A stretch of 64,000 nt of DNA from an uncultured Gammaproteobacteria bacterium. GTDB taxonomy: Bacteria; Patescibacteriota; Microgenomatia; UBA10105; UBA927. Below the pieces are notes generated by a model. The model saw only the letters and a list, made by a program, of their open reading frames with translations. It searched no databases and was not told the DNA's origin. Location of the stretch: contig CAZVTT010000001.1 of assembly GCA_964629685.1 (NCBI GenBank), forward strand, positions 577,319 to 641,318, written 5' to 3'. Shown here piece after piece: positions 50,994 to 59,326 of the stretch. Each line of letters starts with the position of its first letter. The first letter of the stretch is position 1. The position numbers and the translations under genes are program-made.

Positions 50994-51293
50994 ATGGATG
51001 TTCATACACCAATGTGGCTATATATTGTTGAGTGTAATGATGGTTCGTACTACACCGGAGTAACGCGTAACTTAGAGAAGCGAATCTACCAGCACAACCA
51101 CTCAAATGGAGCAAAGTATACGAAAATTCGCAAACCAGTTAAACTCGTTTATTCCCAAAAACTATATAGCCATGCCGAAGCATATAGGAAAGAAAAAACG
51201 ATTAAAAATTTTACTCATGACTGGAAGAGGGGGATTATAGAAGCTAATCTAGAAGAGAAATCGGTAGTGTTTATAGGATCAGGAAAACCATAA
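50994..51293 (+). CDS. Stand-alone GIY-YIG nuclease (UPF0213/YhbQ-like)
   Basis: LYIVEC.DGSYYTGVT.NLEKR...HN...GAKYT...PVKLVY...A...EK.IK. Confidence 0.93.
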   Translation: MDVHTPMWLYIVECNDGSYYTGVTRNLEKRIYQHNHSNGAKYTKIRKPVKLVYSQKLYSHAEAYRKEKTIKNFTHDWKRGIIEANLEEKSVVFIGSGKP

Positions 51294-51480
51294 AGGCAAA
51301 CGAAGGTACTCACCACTTGAGTTTGACCAGTTATGTAATGTCACAGCTTGACCTATTCTAAGAGTTGAAAACCCGGAAGGCTCTCTAAAGCAGACAATCA
51401 GCGGTTAGCGTTTGAAAAACTTTTGGTTAAACAGACAAATTGAGTATTTTGGAAAGTCCTATTTTTTCAATGTAGATATT

Positions 51481-52503
51481 ATGGTTAACGAGGGAATCAA
51501 TAAAGCTTTGAAAGAGCGGAGTGTTGTTTTTGAGCTTCTACGTATTATTCTCATCATACTTGTACTTAATCTTCATCTGCTATCAAAGGTAACGATAGTA
51601 CCAGATTCTATCCCAAGGCCAGAGTTAATTGCTGTTCCATTGTTTATAGTTTTATCATTTTATTTAAATTCAAATTTCTTTTTAGGCGCCTTGCCTGCAT
51701 CATTTTCTGCTTTGTTAAAACGGATTAAACGGCTCTTGATACCCTTAATATTTTGGTCTGCTATTAGCTTTGTGTCGCATCCTTCCGCATTATCTATCAA
51801 AAATTTGATATTTCAAACAATAACTGGGAGTCTGTACTCGTCACCTTTATATTTTCTAAAAATACTACTTAACTTTACAGTAATTTTCTACTTGCTATCG
51901 TTTCTACCATTACGTCTGAGAGTACTTAACCTATATTTTTTTCTAGTGTTAGCATTTTTTTTGCAGTACTCTCATGTTAACTTTTATTTTTTCACGCTAA
52001 AGACAAATCCATTTCTAGAGTACTTTAGTGGTAGATTCGTAGAATTATTTCCTTATGCCGTACTAGGATTATTTTTCGGACTTTATCAAAGAAATGTAGA
52101 GAATTTGCGTGTATCCATCGCCTTATTGATTGCTGGTATGATTGGGTGCTTCATCTCGTTGCAGATTGCTTCACCGAATGGCTTTCGCTACCAAGGTATA
52201 CAATATTTTTTCGTAACGTTAACAGTATTTACTTTCGTAAATTACCTGCATAAAGCTATTAGAGGTGTCAATTTGAATGTCAAGTTGAAAGCAGGGATAT
52301 TAATTCTAGGCAGATATTCCTTTGGTGTTTTTCTATTGCACATTCCCATACTCGAAGTATTATTATATTTTTCCCCTTTTGTTAAAAATTTATTTCATAG
52401 ACTCCCTTACTTGTCAGCAGTACTTTTGCTTGTAATATGCTATATAGTTTGTATCGGCGCTGATAAGGCTTCTAAAGAACGATTTTCTTATCTATTTAGG
52501 TAA
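51481..52503 (+). CDS. Acyltransferase-3 family membrane O-acyltransferase
   Basis: ELLR...VLNLH, AVPLFIVLS, KRIKRLLIP...WS, GRYSFGVFLLH; AT-rich. Confidence 0.88.
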   Translation: MVNEGINKALKERSVVFELLRIILIILVLNLHLLSKVTIVPDSIPRPELIAVPLFIVLSFYLNSNFFLGALPASFSALLKRIKRLLIPLIFWSAISFVSHPSALSIKNLIFQTITGSLYSSPLYFLKILLNFTVIFYLLSFLPLRLRVLNLYFFLVLAFFLQYSHVNFYFFTLKTNPFLEYFSGRFVELFPYAVLGLFFGLYQRNVENLRVSIALLIAGMIGCFISLQIASPNGFRYQGIQYFFVTLTVFTFVNYLHKAIRGVNLNVKLKAGILILGRYSFGVFLLHIPILEVLLYFSPFVKNLFHRLPYLSAVLLLVICYIVCIGADKASKERFSYLFR

Positions 52504-52552
52504 CTGAGATTTTGGGTACTATTAGTAGGATCTCTCTAATACTCGATAACTC

Positions 52553-52895
52553 GTTAACTGCTGGATTGCGAACCTGTTTCCGGTTCATACAGTCAAGAAT
52601 AAAGCATAAAAAAATTCGGTAATAGCCGGACTTTTTATGCTGTACCCCTAGCCGGATTCCCTTCGTCGCTTCGCTCCTCAGGGCGAGCGAACCACTAAAG
52701 TCGGTTCTTGCAGATAGAGATATACAAAAAGATCTGGCATGAAGCCAGATCTTTTCTGTAGTACCCCTAGCCGGATTCCCTTCGGAAAAGATTCCTCAGG
52801 GTAAACGAACCGGAACCACAGTCTCAGTGAGCTAGACATACCACAAAAAAACCGGCAAATGCCGGTTATTTTGTAGAGTACCCCTAGCCGGATTC
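52553..52895 (-). repeat. Array of tRNA-Glu 3'-end copies, each followed by a terminator
   Basis: GTACCCCTAGCCGGATTC at 52642, 52761 and 52878 (the last is the tRNA itself); faint remnant at 52553; hairpins at about 52604-52640, 52723-52760 and 52843-52875. Confidence 0.92.
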
Positions 52896-52952
52896 GAACC
52901 GGCGATCTACGCCTTGAGAAGGCGTCGTCCTAGGCCGCTAGACGATAGGGGC
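52879..52952 (-). tRNA. tRNA-Glu (anticodon CTC), CCA not encoded
   Basis: GCCCCTATCGTCTAGCGGCCTAGGACGACGCCTT-CTC-AAGGCGTAGATCGCCGGTTCGAATCCGGCTAGGGGTA folds as a cloverleaf. Confidence 0.96.
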
Positions 52953-53095
52953 ATTTCTGTCGATTTTTTTTGCACATTAGGGCAAAATTGTACCTTAAAT
53001 CATACACAAATTGACCGTAAATGTGCTGATGCAAATTTCTGATATTTAGCCTCAAGAAATTGCATTTAGACTGTTCTGATTGTACCAGTTATAAC

Positions 53096-53202
53096 TTGAC
53101 ATGGCAAATTAAGTTAACTACAATCTTCGATGATAACGAAAGTTATCCGAAATCATTTAAAGCTTGCTCCCTTGCTTTGCGCAATAAAGGGAGGTTTTTT
53201 TT
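53096..53202 (+). promoter_or_regulatory. greA promoter and leader with intrinsic terminator
   Basis: TTGACA-17-TACAAT; hairpin GATAAC-GAAA-GTTATC; CTCCCTT/AAGGGAG followed by T8. Confidence 0.75.
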
Positions 53203-53222
53203 GACCTAAAAAAGAGGAGAAT

Positions 53223-53687
53223 ATGGACACAACACATAAAGTTGTTTTAACGAAAGATGGCTTGGCACAACTACAAGCCGAATATGACGAAATAAGCAGC
53301 AAGAAGCGCCCGGAAGCGGTCCGCCGGCTGGCGGATGCCCGCGATTTGGGTGATTTGTCGGAGAACAGCGAATATGCTGCTGCCAAACAGGATTTGGCAT
53401 TTATAGATGGCCGCATCGCTGAACTGGAAGAAATTCTTCATGGTGCAAAAGTGGTTACCACGCACGTAAAGTCTCACGTAGACGTGGGATGTAAAGTGAC
53501 ATTACATATAAACGGCAGCAAAGAAGTATTTACCCTGGTAGGCGAATGGGAAGCAGACCCAATGCAGAAAAAGATTTCCCACGAATCTCCCTTGGGAAAG
53601 TCGTTAATGGGTAAAAAAGTCGGAGAAAAGGTGGAAGTGGAAGCTCCGGCCGGAAAAGTAATGTATAAAATACTGCAGATTGATTAG
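53223..53687 (+). CDS. greA: Transcription elongation factor GreA
   Basis: GDLSENSEY, IS.ESPLG, VEAPAG. Confidence 0.96.
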   Translation: MDTTHKVVLTKDGLAQLQAEYDEISSKKRPEAVRRLADARDLGDLSENSEYAAAKQDLAFIDGRIAELEEILHGAKVVTTHVKSHVDVGCKVTLHINGSKEVFTLVGEWEADPMQKKISHESPLGKSLMGKKVGEKVEVEAPAGKVMYKILQID

Positions 53688-53711
53688 TTTATTTTGTAAT
53701 ATTTATTACAC

Positions 53712-53875
53712 TTGACACTTAATTGATTCAGACGTATAGTTTACTCAACATGAAATTTTCGTGCATGATTACTAGCCAGACTAAAGTTACCCTTGAAACC
53801 GGGGGGACCTTGGCATAGAGCGCGAAAAATACGTTCGAAGCACAAAGAACCCCTCACACCAGAGGGGTTTTCTGG
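53712..53875 (+). promoter_or_regulatory. Promoter, 22-codon uORF or structured leader, and terminator
   Basis: TTGACA-17-TATAGT; uORF 53750-53818; AGAACCCCTC-ACACCA-GAGGGGTTTT. Confidence 0.7.
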
Positions 53876-53888
53876 TATTTAGGACTAT

Positions 53889-54002
53889 ATGTATACAACA
53901 AAACTAAAATTCTATAACAAAAGAAACTTTATACACCGGAACTATTATGCCGCAGACGTGTCGGCGCAAGAGGCGTTCAAGGCCCAAATGCCAGGTGCCT
54001 GA
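53889..54002 (+). CDS. Possible 37-aa peptide
   Basis: AGGA SD; MYTTKLKFYNKRNFIHRNYYAADVSAQEAFKAQMPGA; ends 10 bp before the M20 gene. Confidence 0.4.
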   Translation: MYTTKLKFYNKRNFIHRNYYAADVSAQEAFKAQMPGA

Positions 54003-54012
54003 ACGAAATATT

Positions 54013-55092
54013 ATGGATCCATTCAGCCTGTTACGGTGGCTGATCGCTCATCCTTCACCAGTAGGTGAAGAGCAAGAGGTAATACATGAAATCGGGTCAT
54101 TTATGACCAATCTGGGATACCGGATGACTTCATGTCCAACTCAGGACGGTCGGGTTAACCTTGTGGCTGAAATTGGGTCACCACATCGAACCTTAGCCGT
54201 GTACGGAGCCGTAGATACCAATGCATCAGGGGGAGATGATCAAATACATATCCGTAATGGTCGGATTTACGGAAATGGGGTGGCAGATAGAAAAGCCGGA
54301 TTGGCGGCCATTCTGTCACTCGCGGAACATGTAGCAAAGTATGGTCTCCCCGTTACATTTTTGTTTGGTGTGGGGGCTCATCGCGATGGTGCCGGTGCAT
54401 ATTCTCTGGTAAATCATCCGTCTTTACGTAAAAGCGATGCCGTGCTTACGGTTTCTCCAGCTCTGGAATATGAAGGAGCATTTTCGGTATTGTACGGTCG
54501 GGTTGGGACGGTTGAATTAGGTATAAAAGTGAAAGGAAAAGACGAACGGAGTGAAAAATTAGCGGCTGCTGAAGTGGCATCCTGGGTGGAAACGATGAAA
54601 TTTCATGCGGTAGAACCGTTCGGCATGTCCCGTGTTATCGTTCATACCAACCGGGTAATTGTTCCCGGTGATGTGGACTATGATGCCAGAGTGGAATTAC
54701 TGACCACTCCCAGGGATACAGCCGAGAAAATAAGCACATTCCTTACCGTTGTCGCCGATGACTACGGTATAGATGCGACAGTTGAACCGCTTCCCCGGGC
54801 TGTTCCATATCCTGAAGCATATGTTGTTGACACAGATCACCGGCTGGTTCGGCTATTTGACCGGAATATTTTTTCTGCCAGGAATGTGCAACGGGTGTAT
54901 GCCGATACGGCTGGCGATGAAAATATGTTTGCCAACCATAGTACGATTCCGGTGTTATCTTTGGCACCTGTCGGTAGTACTTCCAGCAAGGACATCGAGT
55001 GGGTAGAGGAAGGTTCATTGTACGCGCTGACCAAGTCATTGGCATCTGCTGCCGATATGTATGCAGCACACGCGGCCACCTATTCGGAATAA
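54013..55092 (+). CDS. M20/DapE/ArgE-family protein with degenerate metal site
   Basis: PSPVGEE, RVNLVA, YGAVDT, IYGNGVADRKAG; start MDPF preferred. Confidence 0.8.
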   Translation: MDPFSLLRWLIAHPSPVGEEQEVIHEIGSFMTNLGYRMTSCPTQDGRVNLVAEIGSPHRTLAVYGAVDTNASGGDDQIHIRNGRIYGNGVADRKAGLAAILSLAEHVAKYGLPVTFLFGVGAHRDGAGAYSLVNHPSLRKSDAVLTVSPALEYEGAFSVLYGRVGTVELGIKVKGKDERSEKLAAAEVASWVETMKFHAVEPFGMSRVIVHTNRVIVPGDVDYDARVELLTTPRDTAEKISTFLTVVADDYGIDATVEPLPRAVPYPEAYVVDTDHRLVRLFDRNIFSARNVQRVYADTAGDENMFANHSTIPVLSLAPVGSTSSKDIEWVEEGSLYALTKSLASAADMYAAHAATYSE

Positions 55093-55108
55093 AAAAGGTA
55101 ATGATATA

Positions 55109-55144
55109 AACGAATAATGCCGGGTCTTCCGGTATTATTCGTTT
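55109..55144. terminator. Intrinsic terminator after the M20 gene
   Basis: AACGAATAATGCCGG-GTCTT-CCGGTATTATTCGTT. Confidence 0.75.
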
Positions 55145-55212
55145 ATGGTAAACATCCGTGTTAGCAACTGATTGTTGCTGATTTTGGTAAAATTGCCGAT
55201 AATACAAGCTAT

Positions 55213-57297
55213 ATGCCTACCTTTGAAGAGTTAAAAGATATTCGGTTACAAAAACTTGAAGCCTTGCGAAAGCAGGGGATAGATGCGTTCCCTTCCACGG
55301 TAAAACGAGATCACGCTATTGCCGGTGCACGGACGAGTGAAGGTAAAACCGTGGCAGTTACCGGTCGCGTCATGGGAGAGCGTGGGCACGGAAAAATTAA
55401 ATTTTATGACTTGGTAGACCAGAGTGGTCAGGTTCAACTGGTTTGTAAAGTAGACCAGATGAACCAGGCAGCATTTGAATTGCTGGGTTCCGTAGATATC
55501 GGAGATTTTTTAGCAGCGCAGGGTACAGTAGGAAAAACTCAAGCAGGAGAGATTTCCATTTTTGTAACTGATTTACAACTTATAACGAAGTCACTGCGGC
55601 CACTTCCCGACCAATGGCATGGTTTAAAAGATGTGGAAGAACGGTACCGCCAGCGTTACGTCGATTTAATCATGAATGAAGACGTACGCAAGGTTTTTGT
55701 CCTCAGAACTAAAGTCATTAAGTTTTTGCGGTCATACCTGGATGCGCACGGATTTTTGGAAGTTGAAACTCCCGTGCTTCAACCTATTTATGGTGGGGCT
55801 TCAGCAAAACCATTTTCTACACACCATAATGCCCTTGATGTAGACATGTTTTTGCGTATTTCTGATGAACTGTATCTCAAGCGGTTAGTGGTTGGTGGGT
55901 TTGAACAGGTATACGAGATATCCAAAGACTTCAGGAATGAAGGGATCGATCGTCAACACAATCCCGAGTTTACCATGTTGGAATTTTATTGGGCGTATTC
56001 GGATTACCAGCATCTTATGAAATTTACGGAAACCATGATGTGTGAGTTGGTTAAATCCGTACATGGCAGTCCGAAATGCACGTTTGAAGGAGTCGAATTG
56101 GATTTTACTCCACCGTGGCCCCGCCGCAGTTATCGTGATGTTGTGCTGGAATATGCCGGTATAGATATAAACGATGCCAATACGGAAGACGCCTTACTGG
56201 CCGCAATAAAGGCAAAAAACATTAAACTTGATCTAACTGGTGTGGTGGGATTTGGAGCCATATTGGATACCTTATATAAGGCTACATCCCGACCGCAATT
56301 AGTAGGTCCGTTATTTTTAACCGATAGACCAACCGCGTTTGTTACACTCGCGAAGCGGCTTCCCGCAGATCCGCTAAAAACCGCTTCATTTCAACTCCTG
56401 TTGGTAGGGAAAGAAGTTATAAATGCGTACAATGAATTAAATGACCCTCTTGATCAGGCTGCCCGTTGGCGAGAATCGGAACATTTGGGAGAAAAAGGTC
56501 AGGATGAACATGAAGCGTTTGATCATGATTATATTCGGGCTTTGGAATACGGTATGCCACCCACTGCCGGTTGGGGAATGGGCATAGACAGATTGGTGTC
56601 TATTCTGACAGATCAGAAAACGCTGAAAGATGTTATTTTATTCCCTACGCTTAAACCTGAATTTCAGATAGAAAAATCAGAACAAATAACGGTGGGAGAA
56701 TCGGTTCCGGCTGCACATAAAGAAGCACCGCCACTTACCCAGGATGATGCCAGGGCATTACTCCATAAGCATATGGAAAATCCGAATTTACGGCGACATT
56801 GTTATGCCGTGGGATATGCGATGAGAGCGCTAGCAGAAAAGCTTGGTGGGAATGCGGATTTATGGGAAGTAATGGGTATATTACATGATGCGGATTGGGA
56901 AGAAACCAAAGATAAGCCGGATCAACATACCAAGGAAACGATTAAATGGTTAGCGGAAAAAGGTATTACTTCCGGTCCGTTGGTTCGCGCGCTGCAATCC
57001 CATAACACCAAACTCACGCAATTGGCCGAATTGGACGGACCGATGGAGTGGGCACTGGAATGTTGTGATGAATTGACCGGATTTATCGTGGCCGTGGCTT
57101 TGGTCAGACCGGAAAAAACCTTGGAAAGTGTAACGGTAGAATCGATTCAGAAGAAATGGAACGTTAAAGATTTTGCCAAAGCGGTAGAACGGGCACAGAT
57201 AGCACAATGTGAGACAAAGTTGGGTATTCCTCTTTCGGAGTTTATAGCGTTAACACTCTCCGTGATGAAACAACATCATGCGGAATTAGGGCTATAG
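55213..57297 (+). CDS. lysS: Class II lysyl-tRNA synthetase fused to a C-terminal HD (HDIG-like) domain
   Basis: RYRQRYVDL, FRNEGID..HNPEF, YGMPP, VILFP; then NLRRHC...LHDADWE...CDELTGFI. Confidence 0.95.
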   Translation: MPTFEELKDIRLQKLEALRKQGIDAFPSTVKRDHAIAGARTSEGKTVAVTGRVMGERGHGKIKFYDLVDQSGQVQLVCKVDQMNQAAFELLGSVDIGDFLAAQGTVGKTQAGEISIFVTDLQLITKSLRPLPDQWHGLKDVEERYRQRYVDLIMNEDVRKVFVLRTKVIKFLRSYLDAHGFLEVETPVLQPIYGGASAKPFSTHHNALDVDMFLRISDELYLKRLVVGGFEQVYEISKDFRNEGIDRQHNPEFTMLEFYWAYSDYQHLMKFTETMMCELVKSVHGSPKCTFEGVELDFTPPWPRRSYRDVVLEYAGIDINDANTEDALLAAIKAKNIKLDLTGVVGFGAILDTLYKATSRPQLVGPLFLTDRPTAFVTLAKRLPADPLKTASFQLLLVGKEVINAYNELNDPLDQAARWRESEHLGEKGQDEHEAFDHDYIRALEYGMPPTAGWGMGIDRLVSILTDQKTLKDVILFPTLKPEFQIEKSEQITVGESVPAAHKEAPPLTQDDARALLHKHMENPNLRRHCYAVGYAMRALAEKLGGNADLWEVMGILHDADWEETKDKPDQHTKETIKWLAEKGITSGPLVRALQSHNTKLTQLAELDGPMEWALECCDELTGFIVAVALVRPEKTLESVTVESIQKKWNVKDFAKAVERAQIAQCETKLGIPLSEFIALTLSVMKQHHAELGL

Positions 57298-57302
57298 TTT
57301 CT

Positions 57303-57917
57303 ATGAACCGGGTATTAATAGCTACTACGAATCCGGCGAAATTATCCGAGATTCGGATCTTCCTTTCGGATGTACCGGTGGAACCCGTTAGTTTATCCGA
57401 CGTACACATCACCGATAGGTCACCGGAAACCGGAAACACGTTTACGGAAAACGCCGTTATGAAAGCGGAGTTTTATCAAAAGCTGTCTGGATTACCTACA
57501 ATTGCCGATGACGGGGGATTTGAAATTGCTGCCCTTCAGGGCGAACCCGGTGTTTCCTCCCATCGTTGGATATCAAAGGATCACGAAGACAGTGATGAAG
57601 ATCTAATCGCATATGCCCTGAAACGGTTAAAAGACGTTCCAGAGGGAAAGCGACAGGCTCAACTTAGGCTGGTATTGGCATTCGTACCGAGGCCGGATAA
57701 CGTATTTACTGCTGAAGCCGCGGTAAAAGGAATCGTTCCATTCCGTGCCTCTTCACATCGAACAACCGGCTTCCCGTATCGTTCGCTTCTATATATTCCT
57801 GAATTAGGTAAATTTTATGACCATGCCGAATTGACGCCGGAGGAGATGGAAACATATAATCACAGGAAACAAGCGTTAAGCGCCTTAAAACCGGAAATAC
57901 GCAAACAATTATGTTAG
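57303..57917 (+). CDS. rdgB: Non-canonical purine NTP pyrophosphatase (RdgB/HAM1)
   Basis: ATTNPAK, ETG.TF.ENA..KA, ADDGG, GEPG, NHRKQAL. Confidence 0.9.
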   Translation: MNRVLIATTNPAKLSEIRIFLSDVPVEPVSLSDVHITDRSPETGNTFTENAVMKAEFYQKLSGLPTIADDGGFEIAALQGEPGVSSHRWISKDHEDSDEDLIAYALKRLKDVPEGKRQAQLRLVLAFVPRPDNVFTAEAAVKGIVPFRASSHRTTGFPYRSLLYIPELGKFYDHAELTPEEMETYNHRKQALSALKPEIRKQLC

Positions 57918-59158
57918 ATATTACTTTTATTCGGGAAAATTTGGATTTATGTAAAACTGCAGCCATAAACAAGAATCGGGATGTGCAGTGGGATCAGTTG
58001 CTTACGCTGGATGACAGGAGAAAAGAGTTGATTAAGTCCACGGAAATACTTCGGCAGGAACGCAATACCCTTGCCAAAAACCACACTGGGGAATCCGTTG
58101 AACGCGGAAAGTCGATTAAACAGGAGTTAAAAGGATTAGAAGACGAATTACGCGACGTTGAAGAAAAGTTGGAAGTTGTCCTTCTGACAGTACCAAATAT
58201 ACCGCACGAAAGCGTTCCCGTGGGAAAAGACAGTAGCGGAAATGTGGAAGTGAGGAAAGTGGGTACTATCCCGGAATTTCCATTTGCACCCAAAGACCAC
58301 ATAACACTTGCCCGCGATCTGGATTTAATTGATTTTGAACGGGGTGCAAAAGTAGGAGGATTTCGTGCGTATTTTCTCAAAAATGAGGCAGCTCAACTGG
58401 AATTTGCTATATTGTTTTATGCATTAAATAAACTGAGCGCGAAAGGGTATACTCCGCTCACGGCACCGAGCTTGGTAAAGGATTTTACGTTTGTCGGTAA
58501 TGGGCAATTCCCTTGGGGAAGGGAAGAAGTATATCATCTGGAAAAAGACGATCTTTTCCTGGCAGGAACGGCGGAAGTGCCGGTAACCGCGTATTTTAGC
58601 GGTGAAACATTACAGGAAGCGGATTTACCGAAAAAATTTGTTGCGTATTCACCTTGTTATCGGAGAGAAGCCGGAAGTTACGGAAAAGATACAAAAGGGG
58701 TTTATAGGGTGCATCAATTTAATAAAATTGAACAAGTAATTATATCAACAAATGATTTGGACAATTCCTTTACTCTTCATGAAGAATTACTCAAAAACTC
58801 TGAGGAGATACTACAGGACCTAAAACTCCCTTATCGAGTACTTTTAATGTGCACTGGGGACATGGGTGAACCACAGGTAAAAAAGTATGACGTGGAAACC
58901 TGGATGCCCGGACGGAATGAGTATGGTGAAACGATGTCTAACTCGGTTATGGGTGACTTTCAGGCCAGACGGTTAAAATTAAAGTACCGTACCCGTGATG
59001 GAAAAACGTTATACTGTCATACATTAAATAATACGGCGATAGCATCTCCCCGTATCCTGATAGCTATTTTGGAAAACTATCAACAGGCAGACGGTTCAGT
59101 CCGTATCCCCGATGTCTTACAGCCGTTCCTTGGTAAAGATGTCATTAAACCACGGTAG
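57911..59158 (+). CDS. serS: Seryl-tRNA synthetase
   Basis: MLDI, GTAEVP, YRREAG, RVHQFNKIE, FQARRL, HTLNNT. Confidence 0.97.
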   Translation: MLDITFIRENLDLCKTAAINKNRDVQWDQLLTLDDRRKELIKSTEILRQERNTLAKNHTGESVERGKSIKQELKGLEDELRDVEEKLEVVLLTVPNIPHESVPVGKDSSGNVEVRKVGTIPEFPFAPKDHITLARDLDLIDFERGAKVGGFRAYFLKNEAAQLEFAILFYALNKLSAKGYTPLTAPSLVKDFTFVGNGQFPWGREEVYHLEKDDLFLAGTAEVPVTAYFSGETLQEADLPKKFVAYSPCYRREAGSYGKDTKGVYRVHQFNKIEQVIISTNDLDNSFTLHEELLKNSEEILQDLKLPYRVLLMCTGDMGEPQVKKYDVETWMPGRNEYGETMSNSVMGDFQARRLKLKYRTRDGKTLYCHTLNNTAIASPRILIAILENYQQADGSVRIPDVLQPFLGKDVIKPR

Positions 59159-59245
59159 CGTTCGGTGTTCTTCACTTTTTTTTTGTGTCATGCTCACAGG
59201 TTACTGCTTGACAAACATCCGGGAATTTTCCAATCTGATAGTACA

Positions 59246-59326
59246 GGGAAATTATTTACTCATGACAATACTGATTAAATAATTTCCCCGCCTGCCCGAG
59301 TCCCCGTGCGGCGCCGTACGGGGATT
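59246..59326 (+). repeat. Two strong inverted repeats between serS and secA
   Basis: GGGAAATTATTTA/TAAATAATTTCCC (13 bp); near-perfect palindrome AGTCCCCGTGCGGCGCCGTACGGGGATT. Confidence 0.75.

Noticed and set aside
52642-52813. Additional intron-containing tRNA genes
   Set aside because: Only the T-arm and acceptor 3' strand are present; there is no D-arm, anticodon arm or 5' acceptor strand.
52600-52900. CRISPR array
   Set aside because: The repeats are tRNA 3' ends with a ~118-bp period and terminators, and no cas genes are present.
31000-52900. Prophage or integrative element spanning the variable region
   Set aside because: No integrase, terminase, capsid, relaxase or transposase ORF was recognised.
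53761-53843. Hammerhead ribozyme, lysine riboswitch or T-box for lysS
   Set aside because: It lacks the CUGANGA/GAAA core, the L-box consensus and UGGNACC, and a terminator at 55109 separates it from lysS.
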